A stretch of 62,983 nt of DNA, the filler included, from Choristocarpus tenellus KU-1152 (lineage: Eukaryota; Protista; Phaeophyceae), in assembly GCA_964200185.2 (NCBI GenBank). It is 13 parts of 13 records of this genome, joined end to end, with 100 filler letters (N's around TTAATTAATTAA, not from the genome) between each part and the next. Parts side by side here need not be neighbours in the genome. Positions count along the whole stretch, not along the records: positions 23,194 to 29,068 come from CAXNAD020009539.1; positions 29,169 to 38,700 come from CAXNAD020003601.1; 11 more parts are not named here. One strand, 5' to 3'. The notes under the pieces were generated by a model, which did no database searches, was not told the origin of the DNA, and worked only from the letters and a program-made list of their open reading frames with translations. Positions 23,593-37,000 of the stretch are shown piece by piece. A program made the translations under genes and the position numbers. The first letter of the stretch is position 1, and every line of letters starts with the position of its first letter.

Positions 23593-26500
23593 CTAACTAC
23601 TGACAGGTTGAGTGTCTGCAACCGTCAACAGTCTCTCCATCTTATCAACTTGCAGCTGGATTGGGTCGTGGTCCACAACTTGGCCATCCTCGTCGAGTGG
23701 CTCGTGTACCTGGATGTTATTTCAGCACACGGCCCAGGTCATGGAGGATGGGCGCATTAGGTGTTAGGGCAAGGGATGTTCGACTTGTAAATGTGGGCAT
23801 TCATAGAGTGTCGAAGATATCAATGTACTGCAAAGGCGTTGCACTAGTGAAGTACTCAGTAGGTGGAGCGATTCTTGCTACTCTAGGACAACTTATTGAG
23901 CAGAAACATTGTTCGATATGCTGAACCTCAGTTCATATCCTGAATCCTAGCAAGTGTGGTCTTTTTCAGGGGACTTGACACGAATATTGTGGGCTTAGCA
24001 TCAAGGTCAGTCTACCACACTGATCATGGCAATCTAGTATATCTAGAGTCCACTTAATTTTTTTTTTTTTTGTGTGTGTCAGTTCAACATGTATTGCAGG
24101 GAATGCAGAATATGTACATGTGGGCTCAAAAATGCCTGAGAGTGGTAACCCTTTATATAGCACACCCTGACTGATAGCTGTAAAACTTTGCGGTCACTTT
24201 ATTGTTGTCGGAGTACCATTGCTTGGCAGGCATTCTGCATTATGGCATGTATTTTTCCACACCGACAGGGCACACAATTGGGATTGACAACACAGACACC
24301 CATGATTCTAATGTTGTCTAGAGCAAGCCAACAACACAAGAGAGCTTTTCTACCATCTGTGAACAAACCTTTCGAAGATTTGGTGACAACTTGAGCGAAT
24401 TGACTCCCCCTCGGTCATCCCCTACAATGATAATTGGGGCCTGTGTCATGTTCCCATAGAAAGATGAAGGGGTTGGGGGGGAGGCAGGCACATGGCCGTA
24501 AGGGGTGACCGAGGTTTTGCTTGCAAGCAGACTTGACAAATACTTCGAAGTAGACAAGCAACAGCCTCGGTTTTGCTGCTGAGACTACACTATACAGTCC
24601 TTCATATCACTCATCATTGGAGGAGATGCAGTGAAGGAAACGACACAGTCCTGGACATACACTGCTTGACCTCTTGCTGTTGTAAGGATGCTGTTGGCTG
24701 TGCACCTTCTGAACCAGTAGGAAAAGTTTCCATTCATAAATCGCTAATTAATATATATATATATATATTCCAGAGTATTGTATATGAGGTAAGGAACTTT
24801 GGCAAGAAATGCAGCCCTCTTTTCTTCATTCACTCCCTCTGTCGCACCTGGCGGTTAAAGCACACATGCGTGAGCTTGGACCTTTTCACCACCTTCTGCT
24901 CACAGAGTGGCTCATGCTGGAGTCGTGAGGAGTGAAGCCATCAAGTTCAAGAGGTTGAATTGAGATGGACCAACGGTAGGAGGTTAGTTTGTAGTTGTGA
25001 CAAGGGTGCAGGGAAGGAGGAGGAGATGACATGTATGGTCAAAAACTGCACGGCAATCTGGCTTTCAATATGTAGGCGTTCCCATTAATATGCAAAGTCT
25101 ATTCAAGGTGATCGGACTGGGGCATGTCACAGGGTGATGAATTGCTGTGGGCTTCCTCCAATACACTGACTGCATTATTGGTCTAAATGTTTGCTTTTTT
25201 ATGCCAAAGCTTCTCGCCCTCTGACTTGGCTGTGACTCAACGTATCTGGGGGGAGAGTATCGGCTGTCCACTTGGGGACAATTTTTAATGTCACGATTTT
25301 TGGGTGATTTGGTTGCATACGTTGGATGGATAATGTAAGTGCACTTTCTTGGTTATGGACCAAATGGATACCCTCGTGTAGACCCCCCCCTCCTCAGATA
25401 CTTTGGGCCTGTGTACATCCGTTTTTCATTGTCTACTCTAGATCACCCCACACCAATTGCCATGACATTTCTTTTTCAGCACATGCTATTGTTGTCTTTA
25501 ATGTAATATCAACAAAGTCTGATCCACGTTTGTACCCCCTCTCCATTGACTCGGTGTCTGTGCTTACATGAACATTGCGTCTAAAACATTCGTAAGCTTG
25601 GTGGTCCTGATCAACTGAGGCAACAGTGGTCGCGCCCCTTGCCCACTTTCCCCTCCCCTCACCGCCTCAGTCCCTTCATTCCACGCCCTTCCCTCTTGCC
25701 TTATTTTCTGCCAGGTCAAACACATGAACCTTCCCGTCACTGGTCACAGCTGCAAAAACCGTGGAGGAATATGGTGACCAGTACACATCTCCCACCTGGA
25801 AAATATTGGTTTAATTTTTTAATCAGAGGAGCCAAAACAAAGAAACAAGATTGGGGGAGGAATGGGCAAAAGAAGAACATAGTTTATGTGTGTGTGTTGT
25901 ATCAGGGGGAGAGGCGGGGGGGGTTGTGATAGGGTTGTGATTGGTTGGGCAAAGGTTGTAGCATCTGCACTACATGCCCAACAGTGTGTTTCCCATCATA
26001 CCCAGACGATAGCTGCCTTACTCCCAGCTGTTGTTCTTACCGCATTGGCTAAGTCAAAACTCATGATGGGGTACGGCACTGTGTGATCCCATAGCTTCAC
26101 TGTCCAATCTGCTGAGCATGATATGAAGACCCTTGGGTGGAACGGATTCCACCTGGATTTGTTCAAGCAACGAATGCAAGGAGGGGGATGAAATAGTGCA
26201 TCTAGTGTGAGAGAAGAAGAATAGTAGGGAGCGGAGTCCGTGACACACAGGATGATGAGAGGTTGGTGTTGTTGAGTCATGGACGGGCAGGAAACATGGG
26301 TTGAAGGGTGTGAGGGTAAGGCATAATGTGTGGGCCTTGGGAGGTGGATGAGATTGACAGGAAGGTACAAAGTTTCCTCACAGTGCGTCTCTGAGATGCT
26401 CTTGAATATCCCCTGTACAAAAAAGTTGATGCATACATGATCTGTGGACCCAGAAACTTGAATGTTAACGTATTATCGTTATTGCTTACAGCGGTTGCAA

Positions 26501-28427
26501 CAGCTGGGAAGGCAAGGGGAGTGCAGATAGAACAGGATGTTTGAGGGGGGTATAGTGCTGATGTTTCCCGAATACGAAAAAACAATCCAAGAAAAGGCTC
26601 AAAGGATCTGGGGGGGAGGGGGGAATACACCAGGGTGTCCATTCGGGCCCTGACCAGGAGAAGTGCGCTTACTTTATCGATACAACACATGCAGCCGAAT
26701 CACCCAAAATCGTGACATGGAAAAATGGGCCCCAAAATGGACAGCCACCATCACCCCTGAGATACTTTCAGGGAAAAGGGGGGAATGATAGTGTCTAGTG
26801 ATGCATAAAGTAATCAGTGAGACTCAGGAAGTCGTAAGGGTGCACCCATTCTCCCCAGAGTCCATCAGAATTGGCAGGGCGCTCTCCTATCAACCTCACT
26901 AGTTAGCCCCAAGCAACATCAATAAGAAAAAGCTCTTGCCACAACCTCATCTACTGCCAATATACAATATGGTTCCTCCTTCAGATGGGGGTACCTTCCA
27001 AGTGTGACTTCAATGTAATTTTCTTGGACCTTGTTCTACTACATGAATAAGTGGTATCCCCAGGATAGTCTCACACAAACTCTGGCCAGTCCTGACTCTA
27101 ATCACTGTTTGCCTAACACATTGAATCACTTCTCCCAACCCTGTATTGTCTGGTGTTGGTTCCAGAGGCACAATACCACGGATCAAATCCATGTTGAAGC
27201 AAAGCCAAGCAAGAAATAGGCCTAGAAGCACGGAGAGATGAAAAGGAGAGATGGTGGAGGCATCCTTCAGTGGTATGGGACAACAAGCATAGGAACACAA
27301 GGGAAAGGGGCGGGGGAGGGCAGCACCAGAGATAGCGCAGGGGTGGGCGCACTTTAGGGTGTAGACAGCCATATTGTGCCCTTCATAGGTCTCCAAATAC
27401 TGTCCACTGTATGCCTTTGAGCACTTATGGATCTTCCCTTCCTCAGTGCCCACAACGAAAAGGTGTTCGCTGTGTCGATTGAAATCGAAGCAGCACCCTC
27501 CCGCAAGGCCTGACAGTGATGTCTCCTCTGGATCATCCTGCACAATCCACAGGTGTGGGTAAGGAGTAGGGAAGATACATGTAAGAAGGAAGTGAGACAA
27601 CAGTGACGGCCCGATCAACACCACGACACATGACGGTAAGTCATGTCAGTAAGGGCTGACATCCTGTCAAGTGGACTACACTTTCGATAAAGTTACATAC
27701 TTTTTTTCATTGGGTATCAACCAAGACTAGAGAAAAGGAAAATAAAGATTTTGGAGCGCCTGTGGTCATACTGGCTATAGCGAAACATCATTCCACTACA
27801 TGGACAACATATTTCCATTGTAGTCGTTCAGTGAAACATGGGTTCAACTTGCTGGTCGCTTAGTGCGTTAATTTTTTTTTGGCAAAACACAATTCCTCTG
27901 ACCCTCTTCTCTCTATCTGACCCAAAGTATCTGGGGGGGGGGTGGTCTATACCAGAGTGTCCATTTGGACAAAACCAGAAAAAGTGCACTTTTATTATCC
28001 ATCCAACGTATGCAACCAAATCACCCGAAAATCGCGACACGAAAAATTGGCCCCAAATAGACAGCTGCCACCCCCCCCAGATACTTTGACCCATCTCAGT
28101 TTTAACACAAATTTAAATTCACATCTCAGGGTTGCACCTTACTGTAACCCTACTTAACTATAAGGATAGTTGCCACACTCAGTATCATAAACGGCATCTC
28201 CAACAGTCAGAAACAGTTTCACTAGCCATCTATTCTCCTGCTCAGCATCATGGTGCATCTCGTTCCACTCTCACTCTTCTTGCCTTTATGGTGTTTACAA
28301 GCTTGAGCTGCATCACCGGTTCCATCTTAAGTTCGTTCTTTGACATGATCCAGCTGGCCACACGGCCATCACTAGAAATGCTAAAGAAATTGAGTTCCTT
28401 GGGCTGGTCATCATTCTGCCAATAGAC
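23593..28427 (-). CDS. DNAI1: Axonemal outer-arm dynein intermediate chain 1 (WD40), 3' half. Exons 28427-28284 (or 28275), 27537-27353, 26152-26041, 25795-25700, 24916-24848, 24440-24369, 23709-23593
   Basis: Spliced product [122 protein letters not shown] matches DNAI1/IC78 signature segments. All phases agree; ends in TAG at 23595-23593. Confidence 0.92.
25234..25409. mobile_element. MITE family A (176 bp, G/C-tract), TSD TGT, in a DNAI1 intron
   Basis: TGT|GACTCAACGTATCTGGGGGG...CCTCAGATACTTTGGGCC|TGT. Confidence 0.88.
26596..26773. mobile_element. MITE family A (178 bp), TSD AAA(A), in a DNAI1 intron
   Basis: AAAA|GGCTCAAAGGATCTGGGGGGG...GAGATACTTTCAGGG|AAAA. Confidence 0.85.
27919..28092. 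mobile_element. MITE family A (174 bp), TSD ATCT, in a DNAI1 intron
   Basis: ATCT|GACCCAAAGTATCTGGGG...CCCCAGATACTTTGACCC|ATCT. Confidence 0.9.
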
Positions 28428-28854
28428 CTAAAAAGATATATGAACAAGACAAAAAGGCATTACGCTCAGGCATGGACACATGGTGATTGGGATGTAATGG
28501 GAGGCTCATTGAAGTGGTGAGGAAGGTAGATAGAGAGCTGGGTGGGTAGAAGCTTCACAATTGACTTCGTAGACCCCAATGAGTAACATGACTCCAGAAG
28601 ATCTGATCAAGGTGAGATATTGACATGTCTACTCAGGCCATGAAATAGGTGGAATGCCTACTCCAGACAGCATGCCCAATAGGATCCAAAGATTGACACT
28701 TTGTTCTAGGGCTCATCACCGCAAGTATAGAGGTACTCTACTCATTGACATTATACTGAATTGCCCTTGTAAAGGATGGGAGCACCTAGGTGTCCTCATC
28801 TTATTCTCTGGCAGTAGTACTTCTGCAGATACATTTAAGCCACTCTGGAGTACT

Positions 28855-29030
28855 GGCCCAAAGTATCTGGGGGGGGGGGGTGGCGGCTGTCCATTTGGGT
28901 CAATTTTTTCATGTCGCAATCTTGGGGTGATTTGGTTGAATACATCGGATGGATAATGTAAATGCACTTTCCTGATTTTGCCCCAAATGGACACCCTGGT
29001 GTAGACCCCCCCCCCCAGATACTTTGGATC
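28855..29030. mobile_element. MITE family A (176 bp), TSD ACT
   Basis: ACT|GGCCCAAAGTATCTGGGG...CCCCAGATACTTTGGATC|ACT. Confidence 0.9.
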
Positions 29031-29524
29031 ACTTACATATATATATATATATACATACGTTTGTCCGANNNNNNNNNNNNNNNNNNNNNNNNNNNNNNNN
29101 NNNNNNNNNNNNTTAATTAATTAANNNNNNNNNNNNNNNNNNNNNNNNNNNNNNNNNNNNNNNNNNNNATGTAACTTTATTTCCAAATTTTTTTTATTTC
29201 AATTTAAAAGAAAAAAAGTTATACCCCCTTTCCTCACTGATTCCCCCCCCCCCATGACATGCATTAATGGGCATGCATCAATAGACAATCACCAAAAAAT
29301 TCTCTGCACTGATCCTACAAGCATGCGTAACCTGAGCAAAATGAATCAATCCCCTCAAAACAAAGAGTATAAAATTGTACTCTACTCAAAAGCCAACAGA
29401 CGAGGAACAGTAACACCAACTTCTCTCTACCAAGCCACAGAGATGGACCACTGTCACCACTACTCACAAACAACAATACATAGGGGGGGAAAGCTCTATA
29501 CTCTATGATACAAGAGTACCTTAC

Positions 29525-32500
29525 CTTAAAAATCGGATGGCATGTGCCCATGATATGGTCCCCTGTCTGCAGTACTCATTCATGCTATCAGAAACCTCGT
29601 GTGCCACCTCAAACCCTACAAAAACAGTTGAAAAAGAGTTAAAAACAAATTGTGAAAAAAAATATAGATAAGAAGTGAAGGTACCCAGACAAAAGTGACA
29701 GGATGGATGGATGATTATATGGAGTGATAGTCTTTTGATCATTGTTGCGCCACTGTCTGCACCAGAAAAGCAGAGTCATTGTGCAATTGATGGGTGTGGG
29801 GTGCAGGAGGGTCGACGTTCCGTGGTAGGGCTTGCCAGCAGGGTAGTTAGTAACTGCAAACATGGATCACATCACACACACACGCACATTCATTTATGTA
29901 TGTACTTACATAGATGACTTTGCTTGCACTAGAGCCCTTACAAAAAAAAACTTCACTTTTTTACCTGGTGCCTGTCACATGCACTGGCTCTATGGAGCCA
30001 TGTGAGGCAAAAGAAAAAGTTTGTGGTCAGGTAACACAGTACTGTTGACTGTTAGCGTCACAAATAGGCAACAGCTAGGACTCCATCGTGTCAAACATAA
30101 ACAGCATCAAGTGTGCTTCAAGAGAGTACCTACCATCTTTTCCTCATCTACAGCTCTACTACACAGCAAGGCAGTGAAGTGCTGCCGTATTGCCAATAGC
30201 GGATCTTGAAGCACAGAGGTCTAGCTCCTCACAAACATGAACTTTTGAGTGCATTTAGCAGGGGTAGGTACATGTAACTAGCGTTTTTGGTGTAAATGTA
30301 TGAATGGGCCATTAGTTATTGTACTGCATGATACTTTCTGAAACACTTCAATTTCTTGATGGGTAATAAGCCACAATTTCTTGGATTTTCGTTCTCAGAG
30401 GTCGCAAACATCAAAAGTAAGACAATTTACACACTGTGCATGGGCCTGAAGTGATAAAATAGGACCTATTTCAGAGCTATCTTAGTAGATTAGTCCACAT
30501 GTTCAACCAGTTTTGATTGGTTTGCTCATTGGGCGGGAAGAAGTAAAGGAGAGGGGGAGGGGAGTCAATCCAGGTAAAGCTCATGTGGACCTTCCCGAGG
30601 CACCATAGTAGTAGAGAGTCAGCACCTTCTGTGTCAGTCATGCCAAGAAAAGGTACAGGGTACTACAGTGTGATGGTTCAGTACCTCAACCTTGCAACTC
30701 ACTCTCATTTACACAGACAAGCGAAAGAAACGAACCTTCAAGTGAGGGTAGGGTAAACAGATGGCACACACACAGCCTGCAGGTGGTATAAATATGAAAG
30801 TTGTCTTTTTTCCTTGATGACACCACACACACACACACACACACAAAAGGGTTAAGGTCCTCCACTTTGACAGGAAAAAAAAACGATAGAAAGGAGAGAG
30901 CACAGAAACACAGAGAGAGTTCTCACTATAACCATAAAAACAAGAATAATCATACCCGTTCATTACAAATTTAAAAACAAAATGTGTTCATAAGTCAGCA
31001 GTCACAAGAAACTGATCAAGGAGAGAGCTTATGAAAACAAACGGGTATCAGATGTGAGGAAGGACTTAACAAGAAATAAAAGAAAAAAACTATGTATATA
31101 TTTATACTTACATTGGAGTGGGCGATTGTCATCGGTGTAGAAGCAAACCTTGGGTACTGGCTTTACCAATGATTCTATATTTTGCCTTACGATTTTTCGT
31201 AAGCCCTTCCTGATGTCCTCAACACTCAAAAATGAACCCCGTTTAAAACACAACCTGGCACTACGCACTGGAGATGAAAAATAAAAGAAGTTGTGGGCTG
31301 CACATTAAATTTCACACAGAAATTGTACCAACAAAATATTGGTCAGCAGGCTGGTGTGACAGCTCTGTTGTTTCTTGCTGATGGTATAAGCTAGACGAAC
31401 CACACACCCTTGATGAACCCTTTCCCAGTATTCATACCATATTTTAGACTAAATCACAACTATATTCATATCCCTCTTCCTCACCAAGCTTGTTAATCTC
31501 CTTTGACATCTGTGTAGTTCCACTCCCCATTGAACCCAGGATTAAGGTTTGTCTTTCATCCTCCACCTGCACCGAGTGAACCATTGCAGTGAGCACTAAG
31601 CACAGTTTCATATCAGTTATTGTCTTGCATTGGTCACATGCAAATTGCGATGTTGAGAGATGGGATGTGGACCCGCGGGATATTCATGCAAATAATGATC
31701 TCGTCACGGTTTCGATGCAACTATCAGTAGTGTGGAATTAGTATCGACGAGATGCTTGTCAGCAGGACAAGAAACGCAATGTGACTTGATGTATGCCTTC
31801 ATTTTTTGTGTTTAGCTCCTAATGTAATATCACAAAAGTGCAGATTTCAAGTGTCTCAGCTCCAAAACTACAATCAAAACCAACCCCCCAAACACTAAAC
31901 ACAGGCTATTCATCTTGTGCATCTACTGGTATTTCTTGCCTTCACAACTGCTCCAAGCACTCCACTCCTCAAATGCATCCAGTGGTAACTCCACGGGATT
32001 GCTCGAGGAAGTCCGATTATCAACTGTACAACAGGAGATTGTGGGCAGTACGAAGTTTAGCCACACCGTGTGCCCTCGCAAACGATAAAGTGCACATCAA
32101 TTGCAAAGAAGTACCGACTCGGACGGTGCAAAATGAAGAGAGATTTCCATGTCGTTCAGCAATAAGTCACACTTGCCAAAAAAGCTTTCCAAGTAAGCGC
32201 TGAATATTGTCGTGAGCTAAGGCACTGTTTCACAAGCGCAGTCATTTCTCAAAGAACCCCTTCGTGTGTGCGACAATGTTCACTACAGCAATACTGGGAT
32301 GCACTAACCGTGATGGCAAGGAAAGGGTGGGCAATCAGAAATCGCCACGCCTTCTTCAACATCCCAGGCTGCTTTGCTGGTTGGGAAGGATGTGATAGGA
32401 GAAATAGCAAAGGAGGGGAATGAGGCATGGGGTCGACAGTTTGGCAGCAGGGTTGGCACCTCTGTTCAAATTTCTTGGAGTGATAGAAGTCAAACAATCT

Positions 32501-32776
32501 GCAACAGCTGCACTGGAACAGACACAGAGAACACTATACTAGCGAAGACGGCATTATATATCACCCTTGCTGTCAACACCGTGGTCTTGGCACAAGTTGG
32601 CGCACTACGACAATCATGTCGCAACAATAAAGCATCGTGTTTCAAATCTTGACTTGACCTCGAGGTGTTTCTATTGAGTGGTTGTTTTTTCTTTGGCTGG
32701 CTCTGCTCTTTTCTTCTCCTCCCCTTTCCTTCTCAAGGCTCCTCCTCCTGAGTTTCATCTCTTTGTTCCTTCCCAT
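29525..32776 (-). CDS. Type II membrane sulfotransferase-like (P-loop) protein, 3' partial. Exons 32776-32654, 32368-32309, 32023-31940, 31566-31485, 29615-29525
   Basis: Spliced product: basic N-terminal tail, TM helix WRFLIAHPFLAITLIIGLP, then TLILGSMGSGTTQMSKEINKLGFEVAHE..GTISW. This resembles the 5'-PSB loop (GxxRSGT) plus HE motif of sulfotransferases. Requires one GC donor at 31939. Confidence 0.6.
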
Positions 32777-34081
32777 CTTTCCCCAAGTAGAGTACTACAG
32801 AGAGACACCAGTGACCTTTTGGGGTTTACTGGAATCTACCATGCCACATACATTCCTCTCTTGTTTATTCTTATTATTTTTGGTGGATGTTGGTAATGAG
32901 TACAAACTATACCAAGTACTACTATTTTAGACGAAGTTATTTTGGTGAGACACATGCAATTGACTACTTGACTGCTCGAGACTTGGCGTACCAACACATT
33001 TCACCTGGAAGCAGAGTGCCGTGAACTGCACTTGCAACCTGTAATCAGCAGGGGTGCACAACACGTCATACGGACAGAGCCAAACTTTAGAGCTCATGGC
33101 TGGGCGAGCTCGTGATGAGGGGCGGGGAAACGATGGATCAGAGGTAAACCTTGTACAAGTTGTCGCCTACCATCTCCCTCATTGTGTGAAGAAGAAATAT
33201 TAACAACATGCAAAAAAATGCGAGTTCAATCCCACAATAGTGAATATACACACACCTTGTGAGATTGCTGTTTTAAAATTTGTATCGAATATCGGACTCC
33301 TCAATGGCGACTGGTTCACCTACAGAAATATCCATTGTAGTGTGAACATTATCATCCCATGATATTTCCCTTTCGCTTGAATCTTCGTCTTATAGACCGT
33401 CTACAAGATAACCAGCGGAAAGTATTTTTTGCCTCTCAATCCTCCTCCTTTGCTTCCTCTTGTTTCGGCTTTGGGCTCACCTGTCGCTACTCGGTCATGT
33501 CCTCCAACAATATTCGATTGGGACCGTGGTATTGCAGCCTAAGTACTTCTCCCTACGAGAGGCAGTCCCATCGAGCTTAGACTCTTCAGGAGGGCAGCGT
33601 ATACATTCGTGAGACGATAAAGAGCAGAGTGGAGCTTGCAACAGCCAGGGGTAGTAGGTTGAGTAGGTTGTGACCAGGGAGGAGGGGGCTCAGCTTTTGG
33701 TAGGCCCAGGTTCTGAGAAGGTTTAAAGGCCTTAGCACAAGTTGAAACCTAGGCCAACCTGCCTCGGTCATCTTATTATCTTGAGCTGACCTTAGGACCT
33801 ACTGTTCCGTATTCGTGGTCATTGGTCTCCTTTCACTATGTTGTGCTACCTACAGGAATGAACGCTTTTTATTTTGTTTTAATCTGCCTGCATATTGGAG
33901 CTTTGTAATACCATGTCAACACAACGTTTTCCTTTGAGGTTGTTGCGTTTGAGCTCAGCAAAAGATACATTGTATTGTAAGTCTTGTACACGTTGCCACC
34001 AGAAGACACCTGTACACTCGTTCCAAACTAATCAAGCGGAAAAATATGTGGGTGTTATACGTTTTTCTCTCTTGATTACAG

Positions 34082-37000
34082 AGACGATCCAGAAGGGAGG
34101 GAAACTGTAATAAATTCGGATGAGAGGAATCCCCAACCTCTTGCTGAGCCTGTGGAGGATGATACGAGCAGCTCTGATGAGGAACATCCAGCTGAGGAAG
34201 GGGTGATTAACCACACTGAGGTGACTTATGGAACAATTGACCATCTTCTCGTATCGTTTTTGTCACTGTTCTGAAGCAAATTGCTCCTGGGAGCACATTC
34301 ACTTTGCAATTATTGTGACAACCGTGTGTGTGTAGTACCCTTTCTTTGGAGTGACTGGAGATATGTTGGTATGGTGGTGGTATGAATAGATAGACATGGA
34401 CTGGTGCTTATACCTCGTGCAATACTGAGTGGGCATTGTGCAGGTCCTATTTCTGTGTGTGTTTTCTATGTCCCTCAAAAGACCAGATATTGTTAGTTTC
34501 CTTGTTGTACTACTCTATGTGCGAGGTTTATACTTTGTGCTATCATTTCCCAACAGCCTCATTGAAGTTTTCCTCATCACCTTCGCGATGGAGAGATGGA
34601 GATGTGGCACACACGCTGTACAGTCCAGCCTACAATGACCCATCCTGTTGAAATGATAGTGCATACAGACAAACAAAGAATTTCTTTCGAGCACTAGGAA
34701 TGGGAGAGTAGTGCGAGTATTTTCTATTCCGGAAGGAGGTTCATAGATTGTTAGGGTTGCTTGAGAGGGGCCCAGTGGTTGTGTGTCTCTCTCATTGATA
34801 TCTCTCTTTGGAGCTTTGCTACAGGTTGGGCATACCACGATTCCAATCTCTGATCTCTAGTTGTCTTGCACTCTGTTGTGCCCTGTTGTAGAGGAGATTG
34901 TACTTGGCTGCTCTTGTGGTAATTCTTTCTTCCTCACGTATGTTCAGTCAATCAGCCAATCACACGCATCCATCGCACTGATTTAGTCCTTCCTTGCGTA
35001 TATTGAATGCCCACCAATCTTGTCTCGTGGTGTGAACTGATAGAAGCACCTTGTGCATGTGGTGTCAGACAGCAGCAGACATGATAAGCCTGAGGTCATA
35101 GTAAGTGTACCTGATCCAGTACCGTCTCCCCTAGGTCATGGCCCATGCCTTGAGGTGAGAGTCCACAACAGATGTTGCTCTCTGTATCAAGACACCCTGG
35201 TGTTTGTTGTGTATATTACATTTCTGTTTGTTGTGTATATTCTATATTACATTTCTTTTTGTTGTGTATATTATATATTGCATTTCTGTTTGTTGGGTCA
35301 AACGTGTCAACAGCACAAGTCCTATAATCACATTTGTCTCAAATGAACTGTTTTTTAATTTTGTACCCTCGAGTGTGATGCGCATCTGTTAAATGGTCTA
35401 ATAGTAGTATATGCAAATAAACTATTGCTGTAGAGTGACCATTGTGGTAAGCGGGAATAATTTCTCAATGCAATTGCCGGGACAGGCTGTATTTGTAATT
35501 CACCTAGAGTATTTGTGTGTGTTATCATCTCTGTTTTACTCATGTGCTAGTCGATGATGATTGGTTGTTGCTTTATGTTCCTCTTGACATATTTTTTTTT
35601 TATCTGCTCCTTCCATCAACTACTATCAGTATTCACAGAAACATACTGACATGTCGATGTCCTCTTTCCACACTTGGTCAGGCTTTTTCAATGGAAGCAG
35701 CCCAGACTGGGAGGGTATCACCTTCACTTCCCAATGCCCTTGGGGATGTTGTGAAGTCAGAGAAGGGGGCCTCTTTTGCTGACCCACTCCTTAAGCCATG
35801 GCAGGTGCGTCACTGCACTTGGAGTAGGATGAGTGGGAGTTGAGCCCTGAAAAGGTGATGGATTCTGATGTCAAGTTGCATTAGAATGTATTAATATAGT
35901 AATGTATTGATGTATTAATGTATTGATGTAGTAATGTAGTAATATAGTAATGTATTGATGTAGTAATGTAGTAATATATTAATGTATTGATGTAGTGATG
36001 TAGTAATGTAGTGATGTATTAATGTATTGATGTAGTAATATAGTAATGTAGTAATGTATTAATGTATTGGTTTGATCGCTGTTCACCTTCGATATCTCCC
36101 TCTGTAGAGTAGGTCTTGTCTGTTGTGCAAGTGTTGCTGTGGTGTGAGGAGGTATTTGATTGGGGAGATTGCTACAGATGAATGTTTTGTGTTGAAATCT
36201 TGAGCATTGAAGAGTATGTGTATTCAGTATGTGCTTGTTTTTTGTGATTCCCCAATGTGTTCAAGGTATTCATTGGTGGCGTGCTTTGAGTACTTGTGAA
36301 GGTAAGGGATTCCCAAATGATGTCCAGGCAAATCCTTGGTTTTTGTTGCACTACCTAGTGTTTGTAGGACAGTTTTGGTTGACACATCTTCTAACCACCT
36401 ACAATGGTTAGGCTATTCATCTGTGTACAATCACAAACATCTCGAGCCGCCATCAATAAGGTACAGGTTCATTAATGATACCACCATAGACTCATTATTA
36501 CAAACATTATCACGAATATCACTTAACCGTCAAGTCCACCTGGTGAGATGGTCCATCTGTACCTACTATCTCTGCCTCCTCACCAAGAACTCAGGCACCA
36601 CCTTGCACCCATTCAAAGTAGTTGCTAAATTGTCCCTCGTTGTCCCCTGTACTGTACTGTGTTGTACTTTACTGTGTTGTACTTTACTGTGTTGTACTGT
36701 ACCCATTGGTGTGCAGTCCAATAGACCGTTTGTACTTCGCCCATATGATATTGAGGTTAGGGGAGGTATGGGTGGAAATGTAAACAGAGGCGGGAACGTG
36801 ATCGGTACGCCTGCTAGCTTAAGAGAAAGGACCTTTACAGGGGCATCTTCCAGTTCTGAAGAGAGCATCAGCGGACATAGACTCTCAGGTGGGTGGACAG
36901 ACCTCTTTGTAACACCTGTAGTGGCCCTTAGGCCTTACCTTTCAAGATCTGAGTTGGTGAATGAAGAGTTGTATTATAGTATGGATTGTGCATGTATGGA

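Noticed and set aside
31149-31566. Scrambled exon order in the sulfotransferase-like gene
   Set aside because: Reading the upstream exons in the TM-encoding frame gives a colinear model that simply omits the 31267 block.
29169-32776. Minus-strand exons here as the 5' half of DNAI1
   Set aside because: Different contig, and the spliced product has a TM helix and no dynein IC similarity.
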